Part shown: positions 6,664 through 16,587 of the stretch, piece after piece
How positions within the stretch are numbered: position 1 is the first letter of the stretch
Layout: each line of letters starts with the position of its first letter
Source: a virus
Lineage: Duplodnaviria > Caudoviricetes
IMG/VR virus record: IMGVR_UViG_3300032295_001396
Span: 1-29,403 of that record
Reading direction: 5' to 3' (one strand)
DNA length: 29,403 nt
Made by a program: the position numbers and the translations under genes
Notes under the pieces: model-generated
What the model was told of the DNA's origin: nothing
What the model saw: the letters and a program-made list of their open reading frames with translations, nothing else
The model's database searches: none

Positions 6664-6921
6664 TTATAGGGAGTTTTTTTTGAGTTTAATATTTTCGGCG
6701 TGTAGTTCATCCACCTTTTTTTCTAATTGTTGGATTTTAACATTCAACTCGTGTATCTCTTGTTTCAAGTCATCTATGATGTTCTTGTAAAGATTTACGG
6801 CAAGTTCAAGATTGCGTAAGGTTTGATTGTCCGTCTCTGCCTGTTGTCTCTTACGAGATACAAACCAAGCAGCAGAACCAGTCAAAGCGTTAGATATAAA
6901 AAGTAAAATAGTATCGTTCAT
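6664..6921 (-). CDS. Holin-like membrane protein with coiled coil
   Basis: N-terminal hydrophobic helix ILLFISNALTGSAAWFV, then RKR, then a heptad-rich coiled coil. Confidence 0.45.
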   Translation of the reverse strand: MNDTILLFISNALTGSAAWFVSRKRQQAETDNQTLRNLELAVNLYKNIIDDLKQEIHELNVKIQQLEKKVDELHAENIKLKKNSL

Positions 6922-6922
6922 A

Positions 6923-7537
6923 TTAGTCGCAATTTACACAAGCATCATACTCGGGGCCTTGGTAATACGGAAGGTTTCTATACCAATCATTTCTTCTTGG
7001 TGGTCTTCTCATACCAGGAGCAAAGTGAATACCTGCGAAATAAGTTTGTGATGATGATGGCATACCATCTTTATCGGTATATGAGTAATACCAGGGATAA
7101 TCACTTGGATAGGCTTGGACGCGGTCTAATAATCTTTGAGCATAGAACTCGTATCTACCTTGTTCTATTTCTCTCAAGTAAGACATACCTTTAATGTCTA
7201 TTGAGGTTCCTTGTTCTGTATTACCTATTGTGATGGCTTTATTCATCTTACGAGCAAAAACTTCAGGCATCGCCTCGTAGAATGCTCTATGAACGAGATA
7301 CGGAGCAATATAATCATCCAACATAATTCTATCTGCTTGAGACATAGTCCCACCTGATAATTGAACTGACTTTACTAATTCCATGTAGTAGTCGTAGCCT
7401 TTGGTTCCTATGAGCGTCTGTAGGCCGAGTTCCTGTCCCATGTAAATCGTGCTCGTTAGAAGGGCCATGTCTATATTTTGATTTAGCGTGGAAAACGCTT
7501 TTAACTTGGTTTCGCTGATAAGTAATACTGTAGCCAT
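6923..7537 (-). CDS. Head-tail adaptor/connector-like protein
   Basis: VLLISETKLK..NID..LL..QE..LQTLIGT pattern recognised from portal-adjacent proteins of Bacteroidota phages; directly follows the portal gene. Confidence 0.6.
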   Translation of the reverse strand: MATVLLISETKLKAFSTLNQNIDMALLTSTIYMGQELGLQTLIGTKGYDYYMELVKSVQLSGGTMSQADRIMLDDYIAPYLVHRAFYEAMPEVFARKMNKAITIGNTEQGTSIDIKGMSYLREIEQGRYEFYAQRLLDRVQAYPSDYPWYYSYTDKDGMPSSSQTYFAGIHFAPGMRRPPRRNDWYRNLPYYQGPEYDACVNCD

Positions 7538-7540
7538 TCG

Positions 7541-8686
7541 TTATATTCCTTTTTCTATATCAATTTGTTCTTGAACTTCGTCTGGTAAGATTTGGTTTTG
7601 CTCAATACCCAATTTGATTACTTGTTTATTTTTTAAGAACAGGATTTTCTCAAATGTCTTTAACATATCCTCTTGGATAGGAATAATTCTTGTCTGTAAG
7701 AATAGATTGTAAGCATCTAACATTTCTGCTCTGCCTCCTAATTGTCCTGATGTTTTTATACCCAATAACATCGGGGAACTTATACCCCACGCTGTAAGAA
7801 TTGTTTGGTCTATCTGTGGTGCCATTTGTGAATACCAAGCATCACTTGCGTTGTTCGGTATTGGAGCAATAACAGGGGCTGTTTCAGGGTTCTCACTAAA
7901 GAATAGGAAAACCTTACCACCATTATTTGTGGAGGTGTATTTAGCCTCTAATTGACGCATAAGTATATCTCTCTCTTCTTCACTTGGAACACCATTTGTG
8001 AAACTCACAGACATACTTGGCATCATAGAGTTTTGAGTGTTATTCAAGTGGAAGTTTCTAATCTCAATATCTAATTGACTTGTAGTCAAAGAAGCAATCC
8101 AATCAGGGGCTGGATAATAACTCATCATCGGTTGATATTTCTTTACATAATAGATTTGAGACGGGCTGTCTTCACCAACCATGTTAAAGGCTGGTAATTC
8201 AACTGGTTTCCATTTTTGAGGATTGATTTGTGTTCCCTTCCAATCTACAGAATAGTAGTAAGTATCCACATTACCGAACATATCCTCTTTACCTGCTCTC
8301 AATCTTGAGAAGTCAGTATGGTAGATTTCAGCAATTCCACCATCGTTAGATTTTACGATGTTGAGTGCGAACCCACCAAAAATAATTCTATCAACCACAC
8401 ACTTCTCATACACCTCATATAAGGTCTCACTTCTATTTGCCATCCCAATAGCATTAGGGTCTCCCTCTTTAACTATTAGGTCTTTACCCTTCACACCATA
8501 CATAGTAGCATTAGCACAAGCACGAGTGATTGGGGAATATTGATAGTTTGTAAGCAGGTGATTAGGGAACATATTATCGTCCCCGTAGAACACCCACGGC
8601 TTGTTTTTGATTACCTCTTGGAATTGTGGAACATACGCTGCGTTAAACTCTTGTATATGTAATCCGTATTTGTTTTTCTCGTCCAT
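7541..8686 (-). CDS. Portal protein
   Basis: WVFYGDDNMFP..YQYSP, IFGGFAL, YYPAPDW, H.NN..N.MMPS, NGGK, ILTAW.I.SPMLLGI motifs; 381 aa. Confidence 0.85.
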   Translation of the reverse strand: MDEKNKYGLHIQEFNAAYVPQFQEVIKNKPWVFYGDDNMFPNHLLTNYQYSPITRACANATMYGVKGKDLIVKEGDPNAIGMANRSETLYEVYEKCVVDRIIFGGFALNIVKSNDGGIAEIYHTDFSRLRAGKEDMFGNVDTYYYSVDWKGTQINPQKWKPVELPAFNMVGEDSPSQIYYVKKYQPMMSYYPAPDWIASLTTSQLDIEIRNFHLNNTQNSMMPSMSVSFTNGVPSEEERDILMRQLEAKYTSTNNGGKVFLFFSENPETAPVIAPIPNNASDAWYSQMAPQIDQTILTAWGISSPMLLGIKTSGQLGGRAEMLDAYNLFLQTRIIPIQEDMLKTFEKILFLKNKQVIKLGIEQNQILPDEVQEQIDIEKGI

Positions 8687-8688
8687 TA

Positions 8689-8700
8689 CTAATAAATATC
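8689..8700 (-). promoter_or_regulatory. GATATTTATTAG motif upstream of portal
   Basis: Exact 12-mer preceded by an A-tract, 2 nt before ATG. Confidence 0.65.
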
Positions 8701-8722
8701 AGTTTTTTTCATTTTATCCATA

Positions 8723-10795
8723 TCAATACTTGTTTGATAGGTAGTTAAACATTTGGGACAACTGACTATTATTTAATTTTTTATCAAAATAGAATTGTTC
8801 CGTATTACCATCTAATCCTCCATCAAACATCAATCTATACTGCTGGTCTGTAAGTGTGTATAGTGATGATGAAACTTGTGTTCCTGAAGCAATCAAGGTA
8901 TTATTCTCCCATACTTCTAAATATACATCTCCGCTCTGTTGGTATGCTCTTACAGCAATAGCAGTCCAACCAGTAGTTGATAAATCAAATCCAACTTGAA
9001 GAGTGCCTCCACCATTTAATCTGGCTTCAGCATAGAATACATTAGGAGGGGTATTTAGGTCTCTAACAAAGAAAAATCTTGTTCCTGTTGGGAAACCTGT
9101 GCCATCATACGCTTCTACAAAACAACCTCCTCTCTGTGGAGAAACATTATCATCATCTATGAAACCAAACCAAGTAAATCCGTTATGATGTGCTGTGTAA
9201 GTTCCCAAAGGATTAGATAATGGTGAAGCATTCTGGCTCGTCATTCCTGATACACCTAAATAACCTGTTGGGTAATACATAGGCCCATCATTTGGAATAC
9301 CATTTTCAACTACAAATGGAACTGAAGCAATTAAATCTGTTGCTCCACTTACTCTATTATTATTAGGTGAGTTTAGTGATAATGTTGATGAGTTCGTAAA
9401 GTCAATCCACCATAGAGCATTAAATGCCGCAGGATTGATTACAGGAACTCCTGAAGGTGTCGGGCTCGGTGTAATAGTGGGGGTCATAGTCATCGTTGGT
9501 GTGATGGTAGGAGTGATTGTTGCGGTCGGTGTGGGTGATGGAACTGGCGGATTTGTTAAATCAAATGTATAACAAGAAGCAGGTTGTGCGATACTTGATA
9601 AATAACCGAAACCATCCTCAAAATCTACATAGTAAATTGGAATACCACTTGAGTTTTCCAACAGATACATAGTTCCATTATTGAAATCTAATGGGAATTG
9701 AAGACCTGCCGCATTCACAGCGACAGCAGTATTACCACTAAAATACATAGTTGAACCACCTATTCCAATAGTGATAGGGATTTCTGCTACAAGTTGTGGA
9801 TTGGTAGAACCTGAATATAATTGATAGTATCCTGTTCCACCTGATGCTGAACCATAAGTTAGAACTGTTTGTGTATTACCTGTGTTGTAATAGATGTTAT
9901 ACACTTGGGCACTATTACCTATCTCTAACCACTTCGTTTTACCTGATGTGGTTAAATCGTATAAGTATAAAGTTGAACCTGTTTGTGATACGAATTGGGC
10001 ACTCTCACCGATGATGAGGTTATTTGCGTCATAAATACCTAATGAGTAAGAGGCGTTTGGTGTGGCTCCTGAACTCTCCCATACATCCCATTTATTTACT
10101 AATGATAAATTGAAACAACCACCCGATGTGATTGTGTAATCGTATTGGTAATAGTTAGAACAACCATCAACCATAAACATTCTTGAAGCGTCAAACGCAA
10201 CTTGAACTGGAGCACAACTATCTAAACTTGATAAGAACGATGCTGTGGTTCCTGTATTCTTGTAGTAGATACTATTGATAGGAGAATACCTTGTAAGGTA
10301 TGTAGGACACGCACCAGTCAATCCTGTAGGACAAACAGGGGTTGTATCACCTGATATACAGAACTGCTCCTCTTCACTAACATAAATGACTTGTGAGAAG
10401 TCCTCATCATTAGACACATAAGGCTCAAAGAAACATTCTTGGGTATTATCATCACCTACGATTACCCACGCTCTACCACTCTCTAATTTATTGTATGTTA
10501 AATCAATATCGGTATTGGTCGGGGACAATTGCTCATAGATGGCGTAGTAATACTGACCCAAGTAGTTTCCAAACCATACTTCAGGTGGAGATGCTTGTAG
10601 ATTTACATTACCACCTTCTACGAACCTGAACTTATCATAACGAACATTACTTGTAATAACTTCAGGAATGAATGATATTCTCTCCTTTGATGCTATATGT
10701 TGAAACGAAAATAAATAATAAGGATTAGCAAGTGTCTTATTCATAGACACAGTCGCAATTAAATTATTTACTTGGTTTTTTCTAATTATTAGCAT
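8723..10795 (-). CDS. Modular virion protein: N-terminal anchor domain, beta-rich domain, Pro/Thr linker, ConA/LamG-like domain
   Basis: N-terminal NPYYLF..RYDKF..GQYYY.IYEQ..LESG; PT tract; C-terminal LWWIDFTNSSTL..FDKKLNNSQLSQMFNYLSNKY. Confidence 0.65.
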   Translation of the reverse strand: MLIIRKNQVNNLIATVSMNKTLANPYYLFSFQHIASKERISFIPEVITSNVRYDKFRFVEGGNVNLQASPPEVWFGNYLGQYYYAIYEQLSPTNTDIDLTYNKLESGRAWVIVGDDNTQECFFEPYVSNDEDFSQVIYVSEEEQFCISGDTTPVCPTGLTGACPTYLTRYSPINSIYYKNTGTTASFLSSLDSCAPVQVAFDASRMFMVDGCSNYYQYDYTITSGGCFNLSLVNKWDVWESSGATPNASYSLGIYDANNLIIGESAQFVSQTGSTLYLYDLTTSGKTKWLEIGNSAQVYNIYYNTGNTQTVLTYGSASGGTGYYQLYSGSTNPQLVAEIPITIGIGGSTMYFSGNTAVAVNAAGLQFPLDFNNGTMYLLENSSGIPIYYVDFEDGFGYLSSIAQPASCYTFDLTNPPVPSPTPTATITPTITPTMTMTPTITPSPTPSGVPVINPAAFNALWWIDFTNSSTLSLNSPNNNRVSGATDLIASVPFVVENGIPNDGPMYYPTGYLGVSGMTSQNASPLSNPLGTYTAHHNGFTWFGFIDDDNVSPQRGGCFVEAYDGTGFPTGTRFFFVRDLNTPPNVFYAEARLNGGGTLQVGFDLSTTGWTAIAVRAYQQSGDVYLEVWENNTLIASGTQVSSSLYTLTDQQYRLMFDGGLDGNTEQFYFDKKLNNSQLSQMFNYLSNKY

Positions 10796-10856
10796 TCTCG
10801 CTTATTATGTAATGTGCGTCAAGTTTATCGTCAATCAATATAAAAAGTATATTCAT
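10782..10856 (-). CDS. Possible 24-aa micro-ORF
   Basis: MNILFILIDDKLDAHYIISENANN; starts 3 nt after the upstream stop and overlaps the next start. Confidence 0.3.
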   Translation of the reverse strand: MNILFILIDDKLDAHYIISENANN

Positions 10857-10859
10857 ATT

Positions 10860-12284
10860 TTAACAACTCGTATAAGTCCCTCCTGATATGAACCCGTTAT
10901 TGATAAACATTCTATTTGCTGAACCAGGAGCAGTTTGATTAGCGTAAAACGCAGATGCCGCTAATATTGTTCCTTGAGCATTTTGATAGATTGGTTGTGA
11001 GTTTGTTAGACACGCCCAACAAGTAGCAGGAGCACAAGGAGCACAATTACCTAAATCATAAGCATATAATGTGGAGGTATTACCACTCGCTAAATTATTA
11101 CAAGCATCAAGTGCTGTCGCTCCCGAACCTACAATAAATGATAGGCTTGGTGGTAATGGTGAAGAGGTTGGGGTGGGGGTTTGCGTAGGGGTAGGTTGAG
11201 GCGTTGGAGGAATAGACCATAAGTCATATTGCCATTTGTCCTTCAGGTATGCTTCAACTTGTTCTTGCTCAAATGCGGATAAATTACGATTGTAAATCAT
11301 AACCTCACCCATTTCCATATTCATATTATTAAAGTTCTGTGTGCCAGCACTTGTTGTTAGTGTTATTCCCATAACAGCGTTATTCCATCTACCCTCATAA
11401 GAAATACCACTAAATGAGGTTAGTGATGTTCCTGAAGTTGCGTTAGATTGTATGGTGCTAAAACCAGTTGGATAAATATTTACAGCCTTCATTAGGAACT
11501 TATCATTTAGATTAGTTCCAGTATAACCAGTCAAAGACATATTTTGGACTAATGGACTGTAAGCATTTGTAGATGCTAAATTACTGCTGCTTGCTTGACT
11601 AAAATATCTATCCCAAGCGCTGGCTCCTGAAAATGCTACACCTCCATTTGTGAAACCTGAATAGAATTGAAATGAGTAATTAGAATTGTTATAGGTAGAA
11701 CCCTGTGGTTTAGCAAACACAACGAATGTGGTTGAACCAGAGTGAGGTATAACAGGTTGATTAAATCCTGATAAACCATCTTGAAGAGTGGCTGAAGCGT
11801 TCGCAGTAAATCTAACCACCTGTTGATTGCTCGGCATCAAAGTTGAACCTGATAAAATAGGTCTTCTATTGATTGTAGATGCTGATAATTCCCAAGTGTA
11901 ATTTCCTTTGGAAGTCCATTTATCTACAAATGTTGTTCCACCTGATAATACAAGGAACATAGTTGAACTATCTGTAGCGTCAAACCATAAATCAGGAGTT
12001 GGTAAAGGTAATGGTGTGGATGTTGGTGTGATTGAAGGAGTTGGTTGTGGAGTAGCCGAAGGTTGTGGTGTCGGTTGTGATTGACCTATAACAGTTCCTC
12101 CTTGTTGAACGGCATTCTCGTATCCATCAACTCTCTTAAATCTTGACCTCTTCGCATCCCAACTATCAAACGCATTAGCATTTAATGGTGTTTTCGTTTT
12201 ACCTTCAACTTGTTTCTGTGGTGAGAAATAGGTTTGTTGTTTCCCTAAAACCCCCCATACTCTTTTGTCTATATTTTTGCTCAT
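10860..12284 (-). CDS. Modular virion protein with a ConA/LamG-like domain between Pro/Thr linkers and a C-terminal Cys-rich module
   Basis: PDLWFDATDSST..VDKW..GEVMIYNRNLS..VEAYLKDKW; PQPTPT tracts; ends in TSC. Confidence 0.7.
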   Translation of the reverse strand: MSKNIDKRVWGVLGKQQTYFSPQKQVEGKTKTPLNANAFDSWDAKRSRFKRVDGYENAVQQGGTVIGQSQPTPQPSATPQPTPSITPTSTPLPLPTPDLWFDATDSSTMFLVLSGGTTFVDKWTSKGNYTWELSASTINRRPILSGSTLMPSNQQVVRFTANASATLQDGLSGFNQPVIPHSGSTTFVVFAKPQGSTYNNSNYSFQFYSGFTNGGVAFSGASAWDRYFSQASSSNLASTNAYSPLVQNMSLTGYTGTNLNDKFLMKAVNIYPTGFSTIQSNATSGTSLTSFSGISYEGRWNNAVMGITLTTSAGTQNFNNMNMEMGEVMIYNRNLSAFEQEQVEAYLKDKWQYDLWSIPPTPQPTPTQTPTPTSSPLPPSLSFIVGSGATALDACNNLASGNTSTLYAYDLGNCAPCAPATCWACLTNSQPIYQNAQGTILAASAFYANQTAPGSANRMFINNGFISGGTYTSC

Positions 12285-12298
12285 AGATATTCGTGGCT

Positions 12299-12330
12299 AA
12301 AAAAGTTGGGGGAGCAGAACTCCCCCGAAC
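12299..12330 (-). terminator. Rho-independent terminator after the capsid and tail tube genes
   Basis: GGGGGAG-UUCUG-CUCCCCC stem (12326-12308) followed by AACUUUUUU. Confidence 0.85.
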
Positions 12331-12341
12331 CTTTATATTAT

Positions 12342-12887
12342 TTAACAAGGACAACTTGATAATGTAAGTCCTACTAAAGTAGATTGTAGAGAACCTGCTA
12401 ATTTCTTTGCTGGTTCCTTCTCAAATCCTTCTAATACAACTGTATATCCGTATCTGTCTGCGAAAGCAGTTCCAGTTTCCGCTGTTCCTGTTTGGAGTGC
12501 TAAACCGAAGTCCTCACCCAAATAGAAAATATCACCTTCATTTGTCTCAACAAACACCTTTAAGTTAGTGTTTTGAGCCAAGAGTTTAATTTGGTTTCTT
12601 GTAGATTGTTGTAGTTTTAGGAATACTAAATTGACTACTTGATTATACACTACAGTTCCATTTTCTAAACTCGCTTGGATTGTCTCAACAAAGTTAGATG
12701 TATTCTTCTCAACTAGTAACTGATAAACAGTTCCTCCAGTAGCACCTACTGTTAGGATTTCTTGGTCGCCGTTTTCAGTTGTGCCAGTTATACAACCAGC
12801 AACTACATAGGCGGATTTTATCCCCCCTACTGCGTCTCTACAGCCCTTACAGATATTACTACTCGTAAAACATGATGAAAAACTCAT
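12342..12887 (-). CDS. Major tail tube protein (putative)
   Basis: C.D.VGGIK, S.ENGT..Y.Q, VETN.G..FYLG, GTA..DR.GY..L.G.E pattern; 181 aa; directly after capsid and before a strong terminator. Confidence 0.7.
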   Translation of the reverse strand: MSFSSCFTSSNICKGCRDAVGGIKSAYVVAGCITGTTENGDQEILTVGATGGTVYQLLVEKNTSNFVETIQASLENGTVVYNQVVNLVFLKLQQSTRNQIKLLAQNTNLKVFVETNEGDIFYLGEDFGLALQTGTAETGTAFADRYGYTVVLEGFEKEPAKKLAGSLQSTLVGLTLSSCPC

Positions 12888-12931
12888 AACTTTTGTTTTT
12901 TAATTTTTTGACTTTTCAAGTCCGTTTATTT

Positions 12932-13885
12932 TTATGTTAAACCATTAGTGATTACGAATTGCGGCCAAGCAATTTGGACGCCAATCTTGAAATTACTTCT
13001 CAATCTTACTTCGTCAAAATCTACAGAGTAGAACATTTTAAGATTATCCATATCACTCATTAAATCCACACCTGCTACTAAATAGCCTGCTGGTGCCAAC
13101 ATAATAAGGTTAGAGTTCAATAGACCTCCTACAGGATGAACTAAAATGTTAGTTGCTGGATGGAATGTCTTGAAATCTTCATAAGAACCTTCAGGATTGA
13201 AGTGATAATAATTTGCCGTTCTGTAGTTGATAAGATACTTACGATAATTCGCATGGGACATGAAAACTACCCAGTCAGTTCTATTTACAACATCGTCTGG
13301 TATTTGCTCAATAAGATTATCTACTTGAGATAATGCTGTAGTTGAATTGATTGGTGATTGACCTGGAACTACAATACCGCCAGTTATTGTTTGAGTATCA
13401 GCAGTTGTTCCACTTACGCCTCTTACTAATTGCTTGAAACCAGAGAAACAAGTTGTCGCTGAAGAAGCACCCCAGATTTGGTTTTCCACATATTGTGAAA
13501 TCTGTGCCACCTTCAATTCGCTAATTTGTTGCTCAAAAGGAACTGTCTCTGGAGTTGAACCAGGAGTTAGTAATTGACCTAACCAGTAATTATTTAAGTC
13601 AGCAGGACAAAGTGTTTCATTCACTTTATACTGGCACACAGTAATATCTCTCTGTGTGTAGATTGTTGAACCTGATGGAGACCATCCACAAGTTCCGTCT
13701 TGAACTTCAAGGTTAGAGTTTAATAGGTTGATTGCTTGAGAGCCTTTCACGCCTGGTTGAACTTTAATCAACTTGATAGTTTCACTTTCCAAAATTGCTC
13801 TTCTAATCAATTCACCACCAACTTCGTCTGTATATGTAGATAAAGATGATAAATTAAAATTGAAGTCATACTTTTTGTTTGCCAT
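12932..13885 (-). CDS. Major capsid protein
   Basis: 317 aa; GVKGS..INLL, CG..SG.T..TQR.I, E.LCP.DL..W, PFEQ, GVDL.SD..YS.D.DEVR..FK.GVQ; follows the scaffold gene. Confidence 0.85.
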   Translation of the reverse strand: MANKKYDFNFNLSSLSTYTDEVGGELIRRAILESETIKLIKVQPGVKGSQAINLLNSNLEVQDGTCGWSPSGSTIYTQRDITVCQYKVNETLCPADLNNYWLGQLLTPGSTPETVPFEQQISELKVAQISQYVENQIWGASSATTCFSGFKQLVRGVSGTTADTQTITGGIVVPGQSPINSTTALSQVDNLIEQIPDDVVNRTDWVVFMSHANYRKYLINYRTANYYHFNPEGSYEDFKTFHPATNILVHPVGGLLNSNLIMLAPAGYLVAGVDLMSDMDNLKMFYSVDFDEVRLRSNFKIGVQIAWPQFVITNGLT

Positions 13886-13912
13886 AACTTTAGTTATTTT
13901 ATTTTATTTGAT

Positions 13913-14695
13913 TTATTTTTTAGAACCTTGCCTGATAGAAACAAGTTGAGAGATGTAATCATCCTTCGCTTGGTTTAATTCAGTTTGGATTTGGTTTTTA
14001 CCCATTCTTAAAGGTTCTCCCGCTGGTTCTTTAGCGAACTTGGAGACCTTCTTTTTCATTTCTTCTTGGTCTGCTACGATAGTATCAATTTTATCTTTGA
14101 TTTCTCCTAACACAGTCATAATTTCCTTCTTGAAACCTTCCATATTGTCGTTGCCTTGAGATAAAGCAGGTGTAGTCATACCCATCTCTTCTTCAACTTC
14201 ATCCATTTCGTCTTCAGGAAGTTCAACATTTTCTCTCTCGGTGATTTTTCCGTCTTTAGTCATGATTTTAATTAGAACTTCTTTGCCTTCTGTGTCCTTG
14301 AGTTTTAACTCGTGTTCGCCATCGGGTGCTGGTTGTTCTTTTCCATCAGGACTAACAATTTTAACTTCTTCACCTACATCAAATGTTGGGGATTTTACTA
14401 CTGTGCCATCTTTTAGCATCGCTTCTACGAAGTTTTGTTTTTGTTCCATATTGTCGTAATTTATTTTTTGGACTAATCCGTCCTTGATTGTTATTTTGGT
14501 TGTATCTTCTAACTCAAACTCACCATCAGGTGCTGGTATTTGCCCGTCTTTATTTATGATATAAATAGGCTCACCAACACTTAAATCACCTTCAGTAATG
14601 ATTTCATTACCATTTTCTTTGATTTTATAGGAGTTGAACTTATACAATCCAAGTAGTTTATTTATTCTGCGTATAGCATCTTGGTAATTCATCAT
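13913..14695 (-). CDS. Capsid scaffold-like protein
   Basis: Acidic; two PAPDGE.EL..KDG repeats; C-terminal coiled coil and FAKEPA; between protease and capsid. Confidence 0.7.
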   Translation of the reverse strand: MMNYQDAIRRINKLLGLYKFNSYKIKENGNEIITEGDLSVGEPIYIINKDGQIPAPDGEFELEDTTKITIKDGLVQKINYDNMEQKQNFVEAMLKDGTVVKSPTFDVGEEVKIVSPDGKEQPAPDGEHELKLKDTEGKEVLIKIMTKDGKITERENVELPEDEMDEVEEEMGMTTPALSQGNDNMEGFKKEIMTVLGEIKDKIDTIVADQEEMKKKVSKFAKEPAGEPLRMGKNQIQTELNQAKDDYISQLVSIRQGSKK

Positions 14696-16548
14696 ACAAA
14701 TTGTTTTAGGATGTCTTTGATTTTTTCAACTATTGCGGTGTTGTCTTTATGGAACTTTGCCTTCTCAAGGAAATAACCTTGAACTGAAAATCCATTTAAC
14801 TTACCCTCTTTAACCTTGTTCCATATAGCGTCATCTTCTATCTTCATAGACACCATCCAAGTTCCTTTAGGATAATTCATACCGAATACTTGTTGTTTAT
14901 CGTGCTGTGGGTCATCAACTATCCAACTCTCAACCACAGATACTCCATTTAGAAACTTCCGTCCATGCTCAACATTTGTTTTGTCTAACAATTTCTCAAT
15001 CATGAACTTCTGTTGTAGTTTTTTAATGGTCTCTTCAGTAAAATACACATAGTATATTTCACCAGTAATTTCATTTCTTCTAATAATCATCTTATCAGGA
15101 ACCATAGCAGGGCCTACAACCATTTTTTCTTCCATAGAAAACACAGAAAAACTCATCTCGTTTCTAATGGACTTTAATTTGTCTGCTGCCCAATTTATTC
15201 CTGTCGTTCCACCCCATCCTAACCAAGCGACATAACCTTTGTCCTTCCAAGGCGTGTCCTTGAACTCGGGTGATACTTCGCTATTCTTTTTATGTCTTTG
15301 GAAACCAGACATTCTGGCAATTGTTTCTTCACTTATCTTCTCACCCTTACATAATTGATTGGCTCTAATCCAACCTACTTGCGTCATCCCCTTTACTTCG
15401 TCTCCATATTCTTCCTTCCACTTGATGGCTTTACAAGCATTATTCTTTACTGAAGTTGGGTAGTCATCGTAAGATTGGAACTCTTCCTTCATCATTTCTA
15501 AAGCCATCTTTACAGGGACACAATTAGGGTCTCCATTATCTTTGAGACCAATAGGTTCGTATCCTTCCCAACAAGCATCTTCTAAACCGAAATTATCCAT
15601 AGGATTATCACTTCCACCCACATCATCAGGTTCTTCACCATTATCTGTGATATAACTTGTTTCATCTTTTGGATGAGCCTTACAAGGCATAAACAATTTC
15701 TTATCTCCGTAAGAATGTTCGTGGGAACCTTCACAACCAATCAACATAGCAATTGCTTCAGCGTCCTCTTGTTTCTCAAAAAGAGGTAGTGATGCTAATA
15801 CAGGTTTTTTCTTTGGTTTTGAGATTTGTTCCACATAAGGTGATAAAGCAGATACATCAGGATTTGATGCTGCGAAACCTGTTCTTGGTGGGGTATTTCC
15901 TGCTGCGATTGTGGCAGTTGTTCTTGTATCAGGGCCTGGCATTCCGTCCTCATCTTCTACACCTGTAAGGACATTATCGTTATTCACAATTCTACCTGTT
16001 CTTTGATACATAAGTTGAACCCACTTATGACGGCAATTGTAAGACCCCCTCCATGTAAAGATGTCGTATCCATCAGGCCCAACTTCATTTACTGAACGAT
16101 TACTCATCTCCATAATGTCTTCAATCCTGAATACCCTACGAGCAGCCATCATTTCAGCACAGAATGTTCTGTTTAAGTCATCTTTTGGGCCTACATACTT
16201 GTATCTAAATCTAACATCAGGAGTGTCCTGTGCTGATGGTATATTGGGATTAGAGATTATTTGGAACTCTTGTTTTCCAACTGGTTTTACCGCAGTTATT
16301 TCCCAACCTTCTTTTTCAAGAAACCCTTGTGGTTCTCCGTAAGCGTGAAACATTTGGATTACTTGTGGTATTTGTTCGTCAGCAAGAATATAGTGAGAAC
16401 ATTTGCCGTCCTCACAAGGTGTTTCTTGTTCTTGATTGAAATACTCAAAGTTTGCTTCGTGTGCTGGCATCTCTACCAACGCAATACCATCAAGCCCCGC
16501 TTCGTCATCTCCGTCCTGAATGATAAGTTCAATTATTTTAGGGGTCAT
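14692..16548 (-). CDS. XkdF-like prohead serine protease with a large multi-module insertion
   Basis: N-terminal IALVEMPAHE.NF; C-terminal VVGPAMVPDK.I.R, YVYF..ETI, N.EH, VVESWI, GTWMVSMKI, G.LNGFSVQG. Confidence 0.8.
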   Translation of the reverse strand: MTPKIIELIIQDGDDEAGLDGIALVEMPAHEANFEYFNQEQETPCEDGKCSHYILADEQIPQVIQMFHAYGEPQGFLEKEGWEITAVKPVGKQEFQIISNPNIPSAQDTPDVRFRYKYVGPKDDLNRTFCAEMMAARRVFRIEDIMEMSNRSVNEVGPDGYDIFTWRGSYNCRHKWVQLMYQRTGRIVNNDNVLTGVEDEDGMPGPDTRTTATIAAGNTPPRTGFAASNPDVSALSPYVEQISKPKKKPVLASLPLFEKQEDAEAIAMLIGCEGSHEHSYGDKKLFMPCKAHPKDETSYITDNGEEPDDVGGSDNPMDNFGLEDACWEGYEPIGLKDNGDPNCVPVKMALEMMKEEFQSYDDYPTSVKNNACKAIKWKEEYGDEVKGMTQVGWIRANQLCKGEKISEETIARMSGFQRHKKNSEVSPEFKDTPWKDKGYVAWLGWGGTTGINWAADKLKSIRNEMSFSVFSMEEKMVVGPAMVPDKMIIRRNEITGEIYYVYFTEETIKKLQQKFMIEKLLDKTNVEHGRKFLNGVSVVESWIVDDPQHDKQQVFGMNYPKGTWMVSMKIEDDAIWNKVKEGKLNGFSVQGYFLEKAKFHKDNTAIVEKIKDILKQFV

Positions 16549-16551
16549 ATA

Positions 16552-16563
16552 CTAATAAATATC
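16552..16563 (-). promoter_or_regulatory. GATATTTATTAG motif upstream of the protease-scaffold-capsid operon
   Basis: Exact 12-mer preceded by an A-tract, 3 nt before ATG. Confidence 0.65.
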
Positions 16564-16587
16564 AATTTTTTTAATAAGTTCAATCTT

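Noticed and set aside
6664-6921. Complete lysis cassette
   Set aside because: No endolysin or spanin recognised nearby; the holin call stays tentative
10782-10856. NILFILIDD resembles a sulfatase N-terminal motif
   Set aside because: The ORF is only 24 aa with no downstream sulfatase sequence; likely coincidence
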